Notes: generated by a model from the letters alone, not told the origin. Shown: positions 8,439-15,247, counted from the first letter of the stretch. The stretch is 49,082 nt of DNA from a virus (IMGVR_UViG_3300032270_001256:1-49082), one strand, 5' to 3'. A program made the numbers and translations.

Positions 8439-8997
8439 CAGCAAAAAAGTAGCATACTCTCACGGCGGTGGTGATGAGGCATATACTCCTGCATATGGTG
8501 TCACTCCAATTCTGGAGTTTATTCCCAAGAATGCAGTTGTCTGGTGCCCGTTTGATACGATTGATAGTGAGTTTGTCAAACAGATTTCAAAACAAAATGA
8601 AGTCGTATTTACTCACATTCAGTACGGACAGGATTTTCTCACATATGAACCTGATAACTGGGATGTGATTGTATCCAATCCACCATTCACAAACAAACGT
8701 AAGTTCTTTGAGCGGGCACTGTCATTTAACAAACCATTTGCTCTCATTATGACGAATACTTGGTTGAATGATAGTGCGCCAAAGCAGTTATTCAAGGATA
8801 AGGATTTGCAGTTGCTGATGTTTGATAAGCGTATGAAGTTTATCAGTCCTGATGGTAGACCGAATGATAAGATCACGTTCAGCAGTAGTTACTATTGCTG
8901 GAACTTTCTACCACAGCAGATCATTATGCGGGAATTGAGTGTGCCAGCTTCCAAAGTGGCACAGCGGTCGCCCAGCAAGGCAGTACTGCCCTTATAA
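8428..8997 (+). CDS. Putative amino (N6-adenine/N4-cytosine) DNA methyltransferase
   Basis: DEAYTP, VWCPFD (motif I-like), GQDFL, VSNPPF (motif IV). Confidence 0.75.
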   Translation: MTIDSKKVAYSHGGGDEAYTPAYGVTPILEFIPKNAVVWCPFDTIDSEFVKQISKQNEVVFTHIQYGQDFLTYEPDNWDVIVSNPPFTNKRKFFERALSFNKPFALIMTNTWLNDSAPKQLFKDKDLQLLMFDKRMKFISPDGRPNDKITFSSSYYCWNFLPQQIIMRELSVPASKVAQRSPSKAVLPL

Positions 8998-8998
8998 T
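8940..8998 (+). promoter_or_regulatory. Palindrome + promoter element, copy 4
   Basis: TGTGCCAGC-ttccaa-AGTGGCACA (8940-8963), 29 bp, TATAAT (8993). Confidence 0.8.
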
Positions 8999-9022
8999 AA
9001 GAAGGTAATCGACGGAACACCG

Positions 9023-9286
9023 ATGACTGACTTCCCTACTCTTCACTCCAAAGACGGCACGATGGTTGTTCAATACTATCCCGTGAAGACTCCCTATGGT
9101 GATATTAGTAAGGAGTGGTGTCTTCAGGTATTGTCCTGGGAAGGTGTGGAGCAAATGTCCAAGAAGTTTCTGAATCGTGTGGAGAAGTCTCTGGCAATTC
9201 GTGAGCGTGTTTCTCTTGGGTATATTGTCACTGCCGACAATACCAATCTGCCTCAACTTGGTAATCCTTTTTATGGTGCGTGCTGA
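9023..9286 (+). CDS. Hypothetical early protein
   Basis: First ATG after the promoter. Confidence 0.7.
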   Translation: MTDFPTLHSKDGTMVVQYYPVKTPYGDISKEWCLQVLSWEGVEQMSKKFLNRVEKSLAIRERVSLGYIVTADNTNLPQLGNPFYGAC

Positions 9287-9287
9287 A

Positions 9288-9428
9288 ATGAAAATCACTC
9301 ATTTCTATCTGCTTGCGATTGGTCTGGGCATGTACATTTCTTATAGTATTCATCACGATGAGTACAGACTGAAACAACAACAGGTACAGATTCATAAACT
9401 TTATTGTTCCGAACATTCTTGCAAATGA
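9288..9428 (+). CDS. Small membrane-anchored protein
   Basis: Hydrophobic N-terminus. Confidence 0.55.
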   Translation: MKITHFYLLAIGLGMYISYSIHHDEYRLKQQQVQIHKLYCSEHSCK

Positions 9429-9640
9429 ACTTTACAACCGAACAAAAGAAACTGATTTATAATGCGGTACGGCAGTATCAGTCAAATCGTGTGGTACTGA
9501 ACAGTAGTCAGTATCATTTGTGTGATGAGATTCTGAACGGACTTTTTGATGAAGTCAAGATGAATTATGTGGAACCTGCCTATGAGGTTCAACCCGTTCG
9601 TCCCATACCCCCTACCAATGGATTTGGATTTAATGTATGA
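9425..9640 (+). CDS. Hypothetical protein
   Basis: Overlaps the upstream stop. Confidence 0.65.
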   Translation: MNFTTEQKKLIYNAVRQYQSNRVVLNSSQYHLCDEILNGLFDEVKMNYVEPAYEVQPVRPIPPTNGFGFNV

Positions 9641-9840
9641 ACAATGAAGACCTGCAATCATTTATTACTGCCTTTGATGATTTTATGAAACACTTTGAGA
9701 CCGAAGAACTTTACTATGAAGGGCGTAAGGTTTATGAGAATTCACGTGCCGAGGCACGACGCATTCAAGAAGAAGAAATTGAATCAAAGGCTGCCGAACT
9801 GGAGGTGACCTGTGATTATTATATGATGGAGTTTATGTGA
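9637..9840 (+). CDS. Hypothetical acidic protein
   Basis: Ends EVTCDYYMMEFM; ATGA overlap. Confidence 0.7.
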   Translation: MNNEDLQSFITAFDDFMKHFETEELYYEGRKVYENSRAEARRIQEEEIESKAAELEVTCDYYMMEFM

Positions 9841-10007
9841 AACAAGAAATGAAACTTTTGTTTGCACTACAACAAGTAGAAGGTATTCGCAAACTGATAA
9901 AGGGCAATGAATATGAGACTTATCTGATTTCTCATTTAACACGTGTTCATACAGAACTGTCAAGACAGTTGACAAATGCCAAACAATCCAGTACAATGAA
10001 GGAGTAA
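9837..10007 (+). CDS. Hypothetical protein (56 aa, not in track)
   Basis: GTGA overlap, GGAG RBS. Confidence 0.6.
   Translation: MKQEMKLLFALQQVEGIRKLIKGNEYETYLISHLTRVHTELSRQLTNAKQSSTMKE
9969..9997 (+). promoter_or_regulatory. Sigma70-type promoter
   Basis: TTGACA-17 bp-TACAAT. Confidence 0.75.
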
Positions 10008-10019
10008 TTAATCAAAAAA

Positions 10020-10250
10020 ATGAAATCGATTTATCTTGTTGACTACTGGGTTCCTTTTCCTTCTTCAGAATATGGTGGAATGATCAGTGTGATTGCCGAA
10101 GATGATAAGGAGTGCTTTGATCTTCTTTCTGAGTTTCCAAACTTTGATAAGTCTTATGATGATCGTATGATGACAAACATCGTCAAGGCACCTAAGTTTG
10201 CTCTTGCCAATGATGAAGAGTCCCGTATTGTTGATGCATTTCTAACCTGA
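10020..10250 (+). CDS. Conserved cyanophage hypothetical protein
   Basis: YLVDYWVPFPSSEYGG; AGGAG RBS. Confidence 0.75.
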   Translation: MKSIYLVDYWVPFPSSEYGGMISVIAEDDKECFDLLSEFPNFDKSYDDRMMTNIVKAPKFALANDEESRIVDAFLT

Positions 10251-10531
10251 TGATTCCCGAGTTTCCGCATAAAGCTCCGAAAGATTATTCTTATCAGTTT
10301 GAGACCTGGAACACCCGAACCATTCGGATTGTGCTTCATTGTACCAGACAGTTTGATTATAATCTTGGTGCTCCTACTCAGACTGTCTGGGGGTTTTATA
10401 ATCCGAAGAAGAAGGTCTATTATGCTCCTGTCAATGTCAAGACCATTGGTAAGGAAGTAGATATTCATTCTACGACTCCTTATACTGCTATGCCTATTAA
10501 ACAAACTCCACTTACTGCTGCCTTTGTATGA
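10250..10531 (+). CDS. Hypothetical cyanophage protein
   Basis: TGATG coupling. Confidence 0.7.
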   Translation: MIPEFPHKAPKDYSYQFETWNTRTIRIVLHCTRQFDYNLGAPTQTVWGFYNPKKKVYYAPVNVKTIGKEVDIHSTTPYTAMPIKQTPLTAAFV

Positions 10532-10713
10532 GTACATTCTATAAAGGATTGAATGTTAGGTATAAGGATCATGTTGGTTTTGTTAATTTTGTATGTGAAA
10601 AGTATATTACTGTTTGCATCAAAACTTATGAACATCGATCAAGAGATGTGTGTTTATTGGTTTATCCTGATCAGTGGAAGGACGTACAATTACTAAAGGA
10701 ATCTGAGAAATGA
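10528..10713 (+). CDS. Hypothetical protein
   Basis: ATGA coupling. Confidence 0.65.
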   Translation: MSTFYKGLNVRYKDHVGFVNFVCEKYITVCIKTYEHRSRDVCLLVYPDQWKDVQLLKESEK

Positions 10714-10958
10714 AACATCGAAAGACTGTATGGAGATTGTTTGCAAAGGCACTAGGAGAGAAGGCATCCAAGTGTGATAGAGAGAGTGATACCATTGCTC
10801 TGATTAGGATGTTCATTTTCGCAACCTATTTGATCACAAACACATTCATTATAGCAGGAGTAGTACGACACTGGAATGACCAACAACATCAAGTATCAAG
10901 TAGTGTATCTCAAACCAAAAAAGAAATCATATTCAAGACAGGTGGTTACGTTTTATAG
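10710..10958 (+). CDS. Small membrane protein
   Basis: WRLFAKALGEKA followed by a hydrophobic segment. Confidence 0.65.
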   Translation: MKHRKTVWRLFAKALGEKASKCDRESDTIALIRMFIFATYLITNTFIIAGVVRHWNDQQHQVSSSVSQTKKEIIFKTGGYVL

Positions 10959-11043
10959 TATTGAGGATGCATCGTACTATGAAAAGAACATTCAATTACA
11001 AGGATGTAAGAACACCGAAATTATTCCATTATTTTCAGATTAG
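10876..11043 (+). CDS. Hypothetical protein (55 aa, not in track)
   Basis: Open frame filling the gap. Confidence 0.5.
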   Translation: MTNNIKYQVVYLKPKKKSYSRQVVTFYSIEDASYYEKNIQLQGCKNTEIIPLFSD

Positions 11044-11046
11044 ATT

Positions 11047-11226
11047 ATGAATCGTCATCGTTTTATTGCAGGTAAGGCATATAGTTTGTATATGTCGAAT
11101 AGTAGGCAACAACTTAGTCCTCAGGATGCATTATGGCATACTGATCAGTATCTGGAAGAGCATCCTAATTGTACTGATGAAGAAGCCATCGAAGGTGTGG
11201 TAAAAACACTGATTGAGGGTGAATAA
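11047..11226 (+). CDS. Hypothetical protein (59 aa, not in track)
   Basis: Open frame after the upstream stop. Confidence 0.55.
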   Translation: MNRHRFIAGKAYSLYMSNSRQQLSPQDALWHTDQYLEEHPNCTDEEAIEGVVKTLIEGE

Positions 11227-11302
11227 TAGGTTTTTTACTTGTTTTTAACCTTATTTTAATTAATTAATGTATTAAAAAACATATATTACTGTTTTTAATG
11301 TC

Positions 11303-11353
11303 TGTGGAAAAACTGTGGAAAACTTGTTGAATAGTGTGTTATACTGTGGAAAA
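11303..11353 (-). repeat. DnaA-box-like repeats TTTTCCACA (3 perfect, 1 degenerate)
   Basis: TGTGGAAAA at 11303, 11314 and 11345; TGTTGAATA at 11325. Confidence 0.7.
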
Positions 11354-11407
11354 CCTCAGTATATGGTGTGGTCAATGTATCAAAAGCGGAGTGTTTAATG
11401 TAACAAA

Positions 11408-11451
11408 AAAGGTCTTATAAAGATCTCATAAAGGTATCATAAAGGTCTCTG
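11408..11451 (+). repeat. Four tandem 11-bp repeats, consensus AAAGGTCTCAT
   Basis: aaaggtcttat/aaagatctcat/aaaggtatcat/aaaggtctctg. Confidence 0.75.
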
Positions 11452-11535
11452 GGTATTGTGAGTAAAGCGAGCGTATCATAAGAACCGCAATTTGTCAAGC
11501 CCCACCCCACAAAAATGCCACGAGATCCTCACAAA

Positions 11536-11682
11536 ATCTCGACGAGGCATTCACAAAACATCATAAATCTCGACGAGCATCATATATACATACAACGATC
11601 TCGACGAGACATCAGGTATCATACTTGCATCTCGTCGAGATATGTGCTATAATCATACAGTCACTCACAGGATCTCGACGAG
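11536..11682. repeat. Palindromic ATCTCGWCGAG repeats, four spaced exactly 31 bp apart plus a fifth
   Basis: Starts at 11536, 11567, 11598, 11629 and 11672. Confidence 0.9.
11625..11653 (+). promoter_or_regulatory. Sigma70-type promoter overlapped by a palindromic repeat
   Basis: TTGCAT-17 bp-TATAAT with extended TG. Confidence 0.7.
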
Positions 11683-11683
11683 C

Positions 11684-11827
11684 ATGTACGACGATTACGA
11701 TCTCGACTATACATACACCAACGATTATACACAGGATCTCGACGGGTATTATACACAAGACCTGGACGAGGATTATGCACGAGATACACATGATCTCGAA
11801 GCACTAGCATATCGTCATTACGCCTGA
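11684..11827 (+). CDS. Small Asp/Tyr-rich peptide (47 aa)
   Basis: MYDDYDLDYTYTNDYTQDLDGYYTQDLDEDY...; downstream of the promoter. Confidence 0.5.
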   Translation: MYDDYDLDYTYTNDYTQDLDGYYTQDLDEDYARDTHDLEALAYRHYA

Positions 11828-11850
11828 TATCATAACATCGCACGAGAATT

Positions 11851-12003
11851 ATGATCACAACACACAAGCGCACGGTTACTGTTACATTAGACATCACGTG
11901 TTATGATGATCTAGATGTAGAGAATATGGATTGGAAAGAGCTACTAGAACTCGAAGGAGATGAGGAAGTTCATTGTAGCATCAAAGACCACGATCCGTTC
12001 TAG
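11851..12003 (+). CDS. Small acidic protein (50 aa, not in track)
   Basis: MITTHKRTVTVTLDITCYDDLDVENMDWKELLELEGDEEV... Confidence 0.6.
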   Translation: MITTHKRTVTVTLDITCYDDLDVENMDWKELLELEGDEEVHCSIKDHDPF

Positions 12004-12006
12004 TCT

Positions 12007-12066
12007 TGTGACAGTTGTATAAGTGTCACACACCCCCTTGTGGTTCTGATTAATCCCTGTTACATT
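12007..12066 (+). promoter_or_regulatory. Palindrome + promoter element, copy 5
   Basis: TGTGACAGT-tgtata-AGTGTCACA (12007-12030), TTGTGG-17-TACATT. Confidence 0.8.
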
Positions 12067-12089
12067 ACATTCGTTCCTGACAAACACCA

Positions 12090-12341
12090 ATGAAAACCAA
12101 CACTCAATTCACGATCAAACTCGATCTGGAAGAGATGACAATTCTCCGTGATCTTGTGCGAATTGGTATGAAGTCGAAGTACTATCGTGAATATAGCAAA
12201 GAAGAGATTGATGATCTTGAATGTGAAGAAATCCGTCATCATAATATGCTGGCAGTTACACAGTTTGTGAATCTTAGCCCTGTGAATTCGATTGAGGCAA
12301 TGTTTGATACTAAATTGTTCGAAGGTGTTGTGACAGTCTGA
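12090..12341 (+). CDS. Hypothetical early protein
   Basis: First ATG after the promoter. Confidence 0.7.
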   Translation: MKTNTQFTIKLDLEEMTILRDLVRIGMKSKYYREYSKEEIDDLECEEIRHHNMLAVTQFVNLSPVNSIEAMFDTKLFEGVVTV

Positions 12342-12389
12342 GAAGTGGCACAAGGGGGGTTGCAAAGCGCCCCCGATCCCTGTTACATT
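12329..12389 (+). promoter_or_regulatory. Palindrome + promoter element, copy 6
   Basis: TGTGACAGT-ctgaga-AGTGGCACA (12329-12352), TTGCAA-18-TACATT. Confidence 0.8.
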
Positions 12390-12413
12390 ACATTCGTTCC
12401 TGAGATTCCTCCA

Positions 12414-12833
12414 ATGTCCGTGACCTTCCAAGCAAACTACAAAGAAGTCTTCACACTCGAAACTGTTGAGAAGATCGATGAATTGGTAGAAGACAATTAC
12501 GATCTGGATGATATCCTGGAGTTCATTGACCAAAACTCCGAAGATGACTTTGTTTCATTCTATGAGGACTATTGCACTGCAGGTGAGAACATTGGTTACG
12601 ATGTAGTGGATGCATTCGTTAAGTATCACGGTTCGATGTGTTATGTTGAGAATGTGGAAGATGCATTCCAAGGTGTTTATCACGACGAGGAAACTTTTGC
12701 CGAAGAGTATTATAGCAATGTGTATGGTGATGTTCCTTCGTTTCTAGTTGTTGATTGGAAAGCAACTTGGGATTCGTCCCTTTCTTATGATTTTGACTTC
12801 GTGGATGGTTATGTCTTCAACAGCAACTTCTGA
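12414..12833 (+). CDS. ardA: ArdA-like anti-restriction (DNA mimic) protein
   Basis: Very acidic; C-terminal EDAFQGVYHDEETFAEEYY...VPSFLVVDWKATW...GYVF matches the ArdA C-terminal pattern. Confidence 0.65.
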   Translation: MSVTFQANYKEVFTLETVEKIDELVEDNYDLDDILEFIDQNSEDDFVSFYEDYCTAGENIGYDVVDAFVKYHGSMCYVENVEDAFQGVYHDEETFAEEYYSNVYGDVPSFLVVDWKATWDSSLSYDFDFVDGYVFNSNF

Positions 12834-12839
12834 TTAATC

Positions 12840-12868
12840 TGGGAGGCAGCAATTGTCTCCCATTTTTT
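12840..12868 (+). terminator. Rho-independent terminator
   Basis: TGGGAGGCA-gcaat-TGTCTCCCA followed by TTTTTT. Confidence 0.8.
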
Positions 12869-12888
12869 ATACCTAAGTCAGCTGCCCC

Positions 12889-12948
12889 TGTGCCAGTCGT
12901 GAAACTGGCACACACCCCATAGACTTTGGCACCAATCCGTTCTACATT
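12889..12948 (+). promoter_or_regulatory. Palindrome + promoter element, copy 7
   Basis: Perfect TGTGCCAGT-cgtgaa-ACTGGCACA (12889-12912), TAGACT-17-TACATT. Confidence 0.8.
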
Positions 12949-12971
12949 ACATTCGTCACTGAAACACCACC

Positions 12972-13097
12972 ATGTTTGATGAACTTTGGTCCGAGATTCA
13001 AGATGCTCCCGGTGAGATTTTTGATATGGATATTCCCGAACTTCGTGATGAGAAGTTCGATGTGAATGAGTACCTCAATTCTAACTACGATTACTGA
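12972..13097 (+). CDS. Small acidic peptide (41 aa)
   Basis: MFDELWSEIQDAPGEIFDMDIPELRDE...; first ATG after the promoter. Confidence 0.6.
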   Translation: MFDELWSEIQDAPGEIFDMDIPELRDEKFDVNEYLNSNYDY

Positions 13098-13222
13098 TGC
13101 CTGAAACTATGACATTCACCGGGGACGCTGTAACCTTCCTTGGTTTGATTGGTGTGATTAGCACCGCAATCATCGTGATTACGGTGTTTCGTTCCTATTA
13201 CAATTCACCTCTGAGAAAATGA
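13097..13222 (+). CDS. Single-TM peptide (41 aa)
   Basis: AVTFLGLIGVISTAIIVITVF; TGATG coupling. Confidence 0.6.
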   Translation: MPETMTFTGDAVTFLGLIGVISTAIIVITVFRSYYNSPLRK

Positions 13223-13386
13223 CTGACACACTCAAAGAGTATCATTTCACCGACGAACAAATTGACTTTCTGTTACAAATTGTGCGTGACAATGCACAAT
13301 ACGAAGAGGACGAAGATCGTGAATGGATGAATGAACTTGCGAATCAAATTGAAGATCAAATTGTAAACCACCCAACAAACGACTGA
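13219..13386 (+). CDS. Small acidic protein (55 aa)
   Basis: ATGA coupling. Confidence 0.6.
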   Translation: MTDTLKEYHFTDEQIDFLLQIVRDNAQYEEDEDREWMNELANQIEDQIVNHPTND

Positions 13387-13407
13387 TTTGTTAGAATCTG
13401 CATCTGA

Positions 13408-13466
13408 TGTGCCAGTTGCATAACTGTCCACCAACTGCCCCAGACCCCCCGATTCCGTGCCATACT
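13408..13466 (+). promoter_or_regulatory. Palindrome + promoter element, copy 8
   Basis: TGTGCCAGT-tgcata-ACTGTCcac (13408-13431), 29 bp, CATACT. Confidence 0.7.
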
Positions 13467-13472
13467 AACAGT

Positions 13473-14366
13473 ATGAAAAACACCCACCTCGAACACGCCG
13501 AAGATTCCATCCTGACGGGCGATCTGTCCGTGCTGGATTGGTTCGTCAATCCTGGTCATCTCAGTGTTAAGATTGACGGAGCTCCCGCTATAGTCTGGGG
13601 CACAAATCCTGCCACTGGAAACTTCTTCGTGGGCACCAAAAGTGTCTTCAACAAAGTTAAAATTAAGATCAACGAATCTCATGAAGAAATTGATCAGAAC
13701 CACAACGGTCAAGTTGCAGAAATTCTCCACGCTTGTTTTAATTTTCTTCCTTTTACAAACACCATTTATCAAGGGGATTTTATCGGGTTTGGTGGATTTT
13801 CTGAATACACCCCCAACACCGTCACCTATCTCTTCCCTGAGGTAGTTTCCCAACAAATTATCATTGCACCGCATACCTGTTATTATGCTGAGAAGGATCT
13901 TCGTGATGCTGTAGCAATGCCTGATCGTAGCATCTGGAATGATACCGACACGGTGAAGTTTGTGCAACCTACTGCCTCTATCTTTGCTGGTGCCGAATAC
14001 TTTGCAGACCTTAAAGAGGTGTGCAAGTTTGCTAAGGTGATGGCACTTGGCGTTGAGTTTGTGGCACCTAAAGTTGCGGCAAAAATTAAACAGCAACTCA
14101 ATGCCTGCATTCGTGAAGGTAAGGAGGTCAATCCTGATGACTTTGAGAATGCCAACCTGATCAGTTTCTGGAAACTTGTTAAGAGCATTAAAGATGATGC
14201 AGTGTTCCTCTGCCGCAATGATGGACCCGCAGCATACATCAACGGCAATCGGATTGATGCCGAAGGTTATGTGATGACCAATGAGTTTGGTATGTTCAAA
14301 CTGGTCAATCGTGAGGTCTTTGCCTATGCTAACTTCAACCACGGTCGTTTCCAGTGTGCCAGCTGA
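13473..14366 (+). CDS. Conserved T4-like phage protein with ligase/nucleotidyltransferase-like motifs (DUF6267-like)
   Basis: NTHLEHAED, SVKIDGAPA (KxDG), YQGDF, AEGYV, FKLVNR. Confidence 0.65.
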   Translation: MKNTHLEHAEDSILTGDLSVLDWFVNPGHLSVKIDGAPAIVWGTNPATGNFFVGTKSVFNKVKIKINESHEEIDQNHNGQVAEILHACFNFLPFTNTIYQGDFIGFGGFSEYTPNTVTYLFPEVVSQQIIIAPHTCYYAEKDLRDAVAMPDRSIWNDTDTVKFVQPTASIFAGAEYFADLKEVCKFAKVMALGVEFVAPKVAAKIKQQLNACIREGKEVNPDDFENANLISFWKLVKSIKDDAVFLCRNDGPAAYINGNRIDAEGYVMTNEFGMFKLVNREVFAYANFNHGRFQCAS

Positions 14367-14413
14367 ACAAGTGGCACAGCACCCCTAGACGGTGCCCCCT
14401 GACCTGCTACAAT
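14355..14413 (+). promoter_or_regulatory. Palindrome + promoter element, copy 9
   Basis: TGTGCCAGC-tgaaca-AGTGGCACA (14355-14378), 29 bp, TACAAT. Confidence 0.8.
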
Positions 14414-14441
14414 TAACTCATCAACCAAAGGAGACCAACCA

Positions 14442-14756
14442 ATGCGGAAGATCGAACGCCAAATGAACGCTGCCATCAAAGCAGGCAAAGATTTCAAACT
14501 CGCTAACACCGAAGTCGTTGCATGTTCTAATGTTTCCGATGTCTACCTGCACGGCAATCTGATTGCCCGAATTGGTGAAACTTGGATCGAATTGTTTGAT
14601 GGTGGTTGGCAATCTGTCACCACCAAATCGCGCCTCAATGCTATTCTGAAAGAATTTGGAATGAGCGGCGAATGTGTATTCCAAAAGAACTTTAATTGGT
14701 TTGTGAACTATAACGGTTCGCCCATTCCGTTCTTCTCTGGAATGCGCCTGGCATAG
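14442..14756 (+). CDS. Conserved phage early protein (VYLHGNLIA...GGWQSVTTKSRLNA)
   Basis: AAGGAG RBS; motif recurrent in phage early genes. Confidence 0.75.
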   Translation: MRKIERQMNAAIKAGKDFKLANTEVVACSNVSDVYLHGNLIARIGETWIELFDGGWQSVTTKSRLNAILKEFGMSGECVFQKNFNWFVNYNGSPIPFFSGMRLA

Positions 14757-14823
14757 ATTCAAGAGAATGGGATGCGCTCTAAAGACACCCTAACTCAAAC
14801 CACCCTATCTAACACCAACTCTC

Positions 14824-14943
14824 ATGACTTTTGAAATTGCTTCTGCCCTGCTGAACCGTGCCAACAATGGCGCCGAGCTGCTGGCAATCCTGGAATCTAT
14901 CGCATCCGATGACCAGGACCAGGGGCAGGAGATCCAATTCTGA
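14824..14943 (+). CDS. Small protein (39 aa, not in track)
   Basis: MTFEIASALLNRANNGAELLAILESIASDD... Confidence 0.55.
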   Translation: MTFEIASALLNRANNGAELLAILESIASDDQDQGQEIQF

Positions 14944-15011
14944 ATCTGACCACTGACCCCCACGGTTTGCCGCTGGGGGTCTTATCATAAGGGGGACCGC
15001 AACCGAATCCG

Positions 15012-15233
15012 ATGCAACCTCTGAAGATCCGCGATGCCCGCCGCCTCATCACCAAAGCAGGCGGAGCAATCAAATCAGGCGGGAATCACGACAAGGTGAC
15101 CCATCCCGCCGTTTCCCAGACCTTCCACCTTCCCGCCCACGGTAGCAAGGGACGCCCGACCCTCTCCCCTGGAATGACTCACGAATTCCACAAGTTCCAC
15201 GCCCTGCTCCTGGCGGCAAAGGCATCCGCCTAG
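15012..15233 (+). CDS. HicA-like mRNA interferase (orphan)
   Basis: 73 aa; helix, then KSGGNHDKVTHP...FHLPAHG...LSPG matches the HicA G-x-H / P-x-H / L-x-x-G pattern. Confidence 0.6.
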   Translation: MQPLKIRDARRLITKAGGAIKSGGNHDKVTHPAVSQTFHLPAHGSKGRPTLSPGMTHEFHKFHALLLAAKASA

Positions 15234-15247
15234 TCTGTGCTACAATT
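15234..15247 (+). promoter_or_regulatory. Extended -10 promoter TCTGTGCTACAATT (identical copy at 15558-15571)
   Basis: TG-c-TACAAT; 14-bp direct repeat ahead of consecutive genes. Confidence 0.65.

Larger units (their letters stand above)
11227..11682. other. Putative replication origin / major regulatory locus
   Basis: Largest non-coding gap in the window; AT-rich tract followed by three distinct repeat sets. Confidence 0.55.

Noticed and set aside
11474-11498. Minus-strand TTGACA...TATGAT promoter
   Set aside because: The spacer is only about 12 bp and no gene follows on that strand; an origin-priming transcript cannot be excluded
11536-11682. CRISPR mini-array interpretation of the 31-bp-period repeats
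   Set aside because: The repeat is only 11-13 bp with ~20-bp spacers, well below CRISPR dimensions, and no cas genes are in the window; an operator or iteron reading fits better
13356-14342. 328-aa minus-strand ORF, and the other minus-strand ORFs in the track
   Set aside because: They are antisense shadows of well-supported + strand genes and have no recognisable motifs
5798-14413. Integron attC, CRP or NtcA sites as the identity of the 24-bp palindrome
   Set aside because: No RYYYAAC/GTTRRRY ends and no integrase in the window; the TGTG..CACA spacing is longer than CRP's TGTGA-N6-TCACA and does not match NtcA GTA-N8-TAC
14769-14790. GGGATGCGCTCTAAAGACACCC hairpin / boxA-like element
   Set aside because: Short weak stem, single copy in the window, no support for a function
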